DNA of 64,000 bases. Source: Macrostomum lignano (lineage: Eukaryota). The notes under the pieces are model-generated. The model made no database searches. It was not told the origin of the DNA and worked only from the letters and a program-made list of their open reading frames with translations. Where the stretch lies: the NCBI GenBank assembly GCA_002269645.1, contig NIVC01002793.1, forward strand, positions 75,976 to 139,975, in the 5' to 3' direction. Within the stretch, counting starts at the first letter, position 1. Every line of letters starts with the position of its first letter. Below are positions 63,474 through 64,000 of this stretch, one piece after another. Position numbers and translations under genes: made by a program.

Positions 63474-63988
63474 ATGGCCTTCAGTAAACCATTATTTCTA
63501 GGTTCTGCATTGGATATTCAGTCAGCTATAACAAAACTACCACCCATCTTCGCACTTGGAAAATATCCTGGCAATTTCATATTCCAGGGTATTCTTTCAC
63601 TGGCCCAGGTACAAATTTAGACAAGAGACTCAATCCAATTACAGACTGGCCTCGGTATGATAGTCTACCAATTAATCCAATTGATTGGACTGCTTACTAT
63701 TCATGACAAAAGCTATAGAGATGCTGAAAAGACGTCTTCAACTCCAGAGGAAGCCCTAGCAAAGAAGCATATTGCTGATGAAAAAATGATAGCTGATTTA
63801 GATGCTATTCCAACCAGCGACTTGTCGGTAAAGGAGAGACTCATTAGAAACTAATAAAGCGTATTATCAATGCTAAAGTTCGGTTTGGATTAGGAATTCA
63901 TACTCACAACCCCAACAATTGTATAGACTGTCTAACAATTTATGGTAAGGGTCTTAGCTATGAAGATGCCAGTAAAATTGCCATATAG
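63474..63988 (+). pseudogene. Decayed parvovirus-type phospholipase A2 domain ORF resembling Polinton/adintovirus PLA2X
   Basis: Across three frameshifts: MAFSKPLFLGSALDIQSAITKLPPIFALGKYPG/FHIPGYSFTGPGTNLDKRLNP...PINPIDWTAYY/HDKSYRDAEK...KKHIADEKMIADL...KERLIR/KLIKRIINAKVRFGLGI; Ca-binding loop (YxxxGPG) and HDxxY catalytic motif present. Confidence 0.72.
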
Positions 63989-64000
63989 GAATATAGAAAA

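Overview
Eukaryotic, intron-containing, repeat-rich DNA from an invertebrate animal. The GC-rich codon usage, poly-Ala/Gly tracts and abundant minisatellites resemble free-living flatworm genomes, but that assignment is inference only. Four host genes can be reconstructed by hand: an intronless ZNF207/BuGZ orthologue (2787-3824, -) flanked by minisatellite arrays; an 11-exon GPR158/GPR179-like class C GPCR (28023-44016, +) with one GC-AG intron; a 16-exon type I membrane protein with ten tandem CUB domains (48062-55350, +); and an intronless atypical class A GPCR (59995-61269, +). The rest is dense in mobile DNA: an intact DD34D mariner, a near-intact maT-like element with D39D spacing, a decayed mariner, a deleted Gypsy, Merlin-, MULE-, P/hAT- and Tc1-type non-autonomous elements, and a fossil spliced Ulp1-protease/PHD gene. 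The most interesting observations are a TSD-flanked Penelope-type insertion carrying two inverted hammerhead ribozymes (13043-13309), a decayed parvovirus-type PLA2 ORF of Polinton/adintovirus type at the right edge, and a possible CpA-to-TpA (RIP-like) mutational bias in repeat fossils. No rRNA, tRNA or CRISPR array was seen. All family assignments come from motif recognition; no database search was run.
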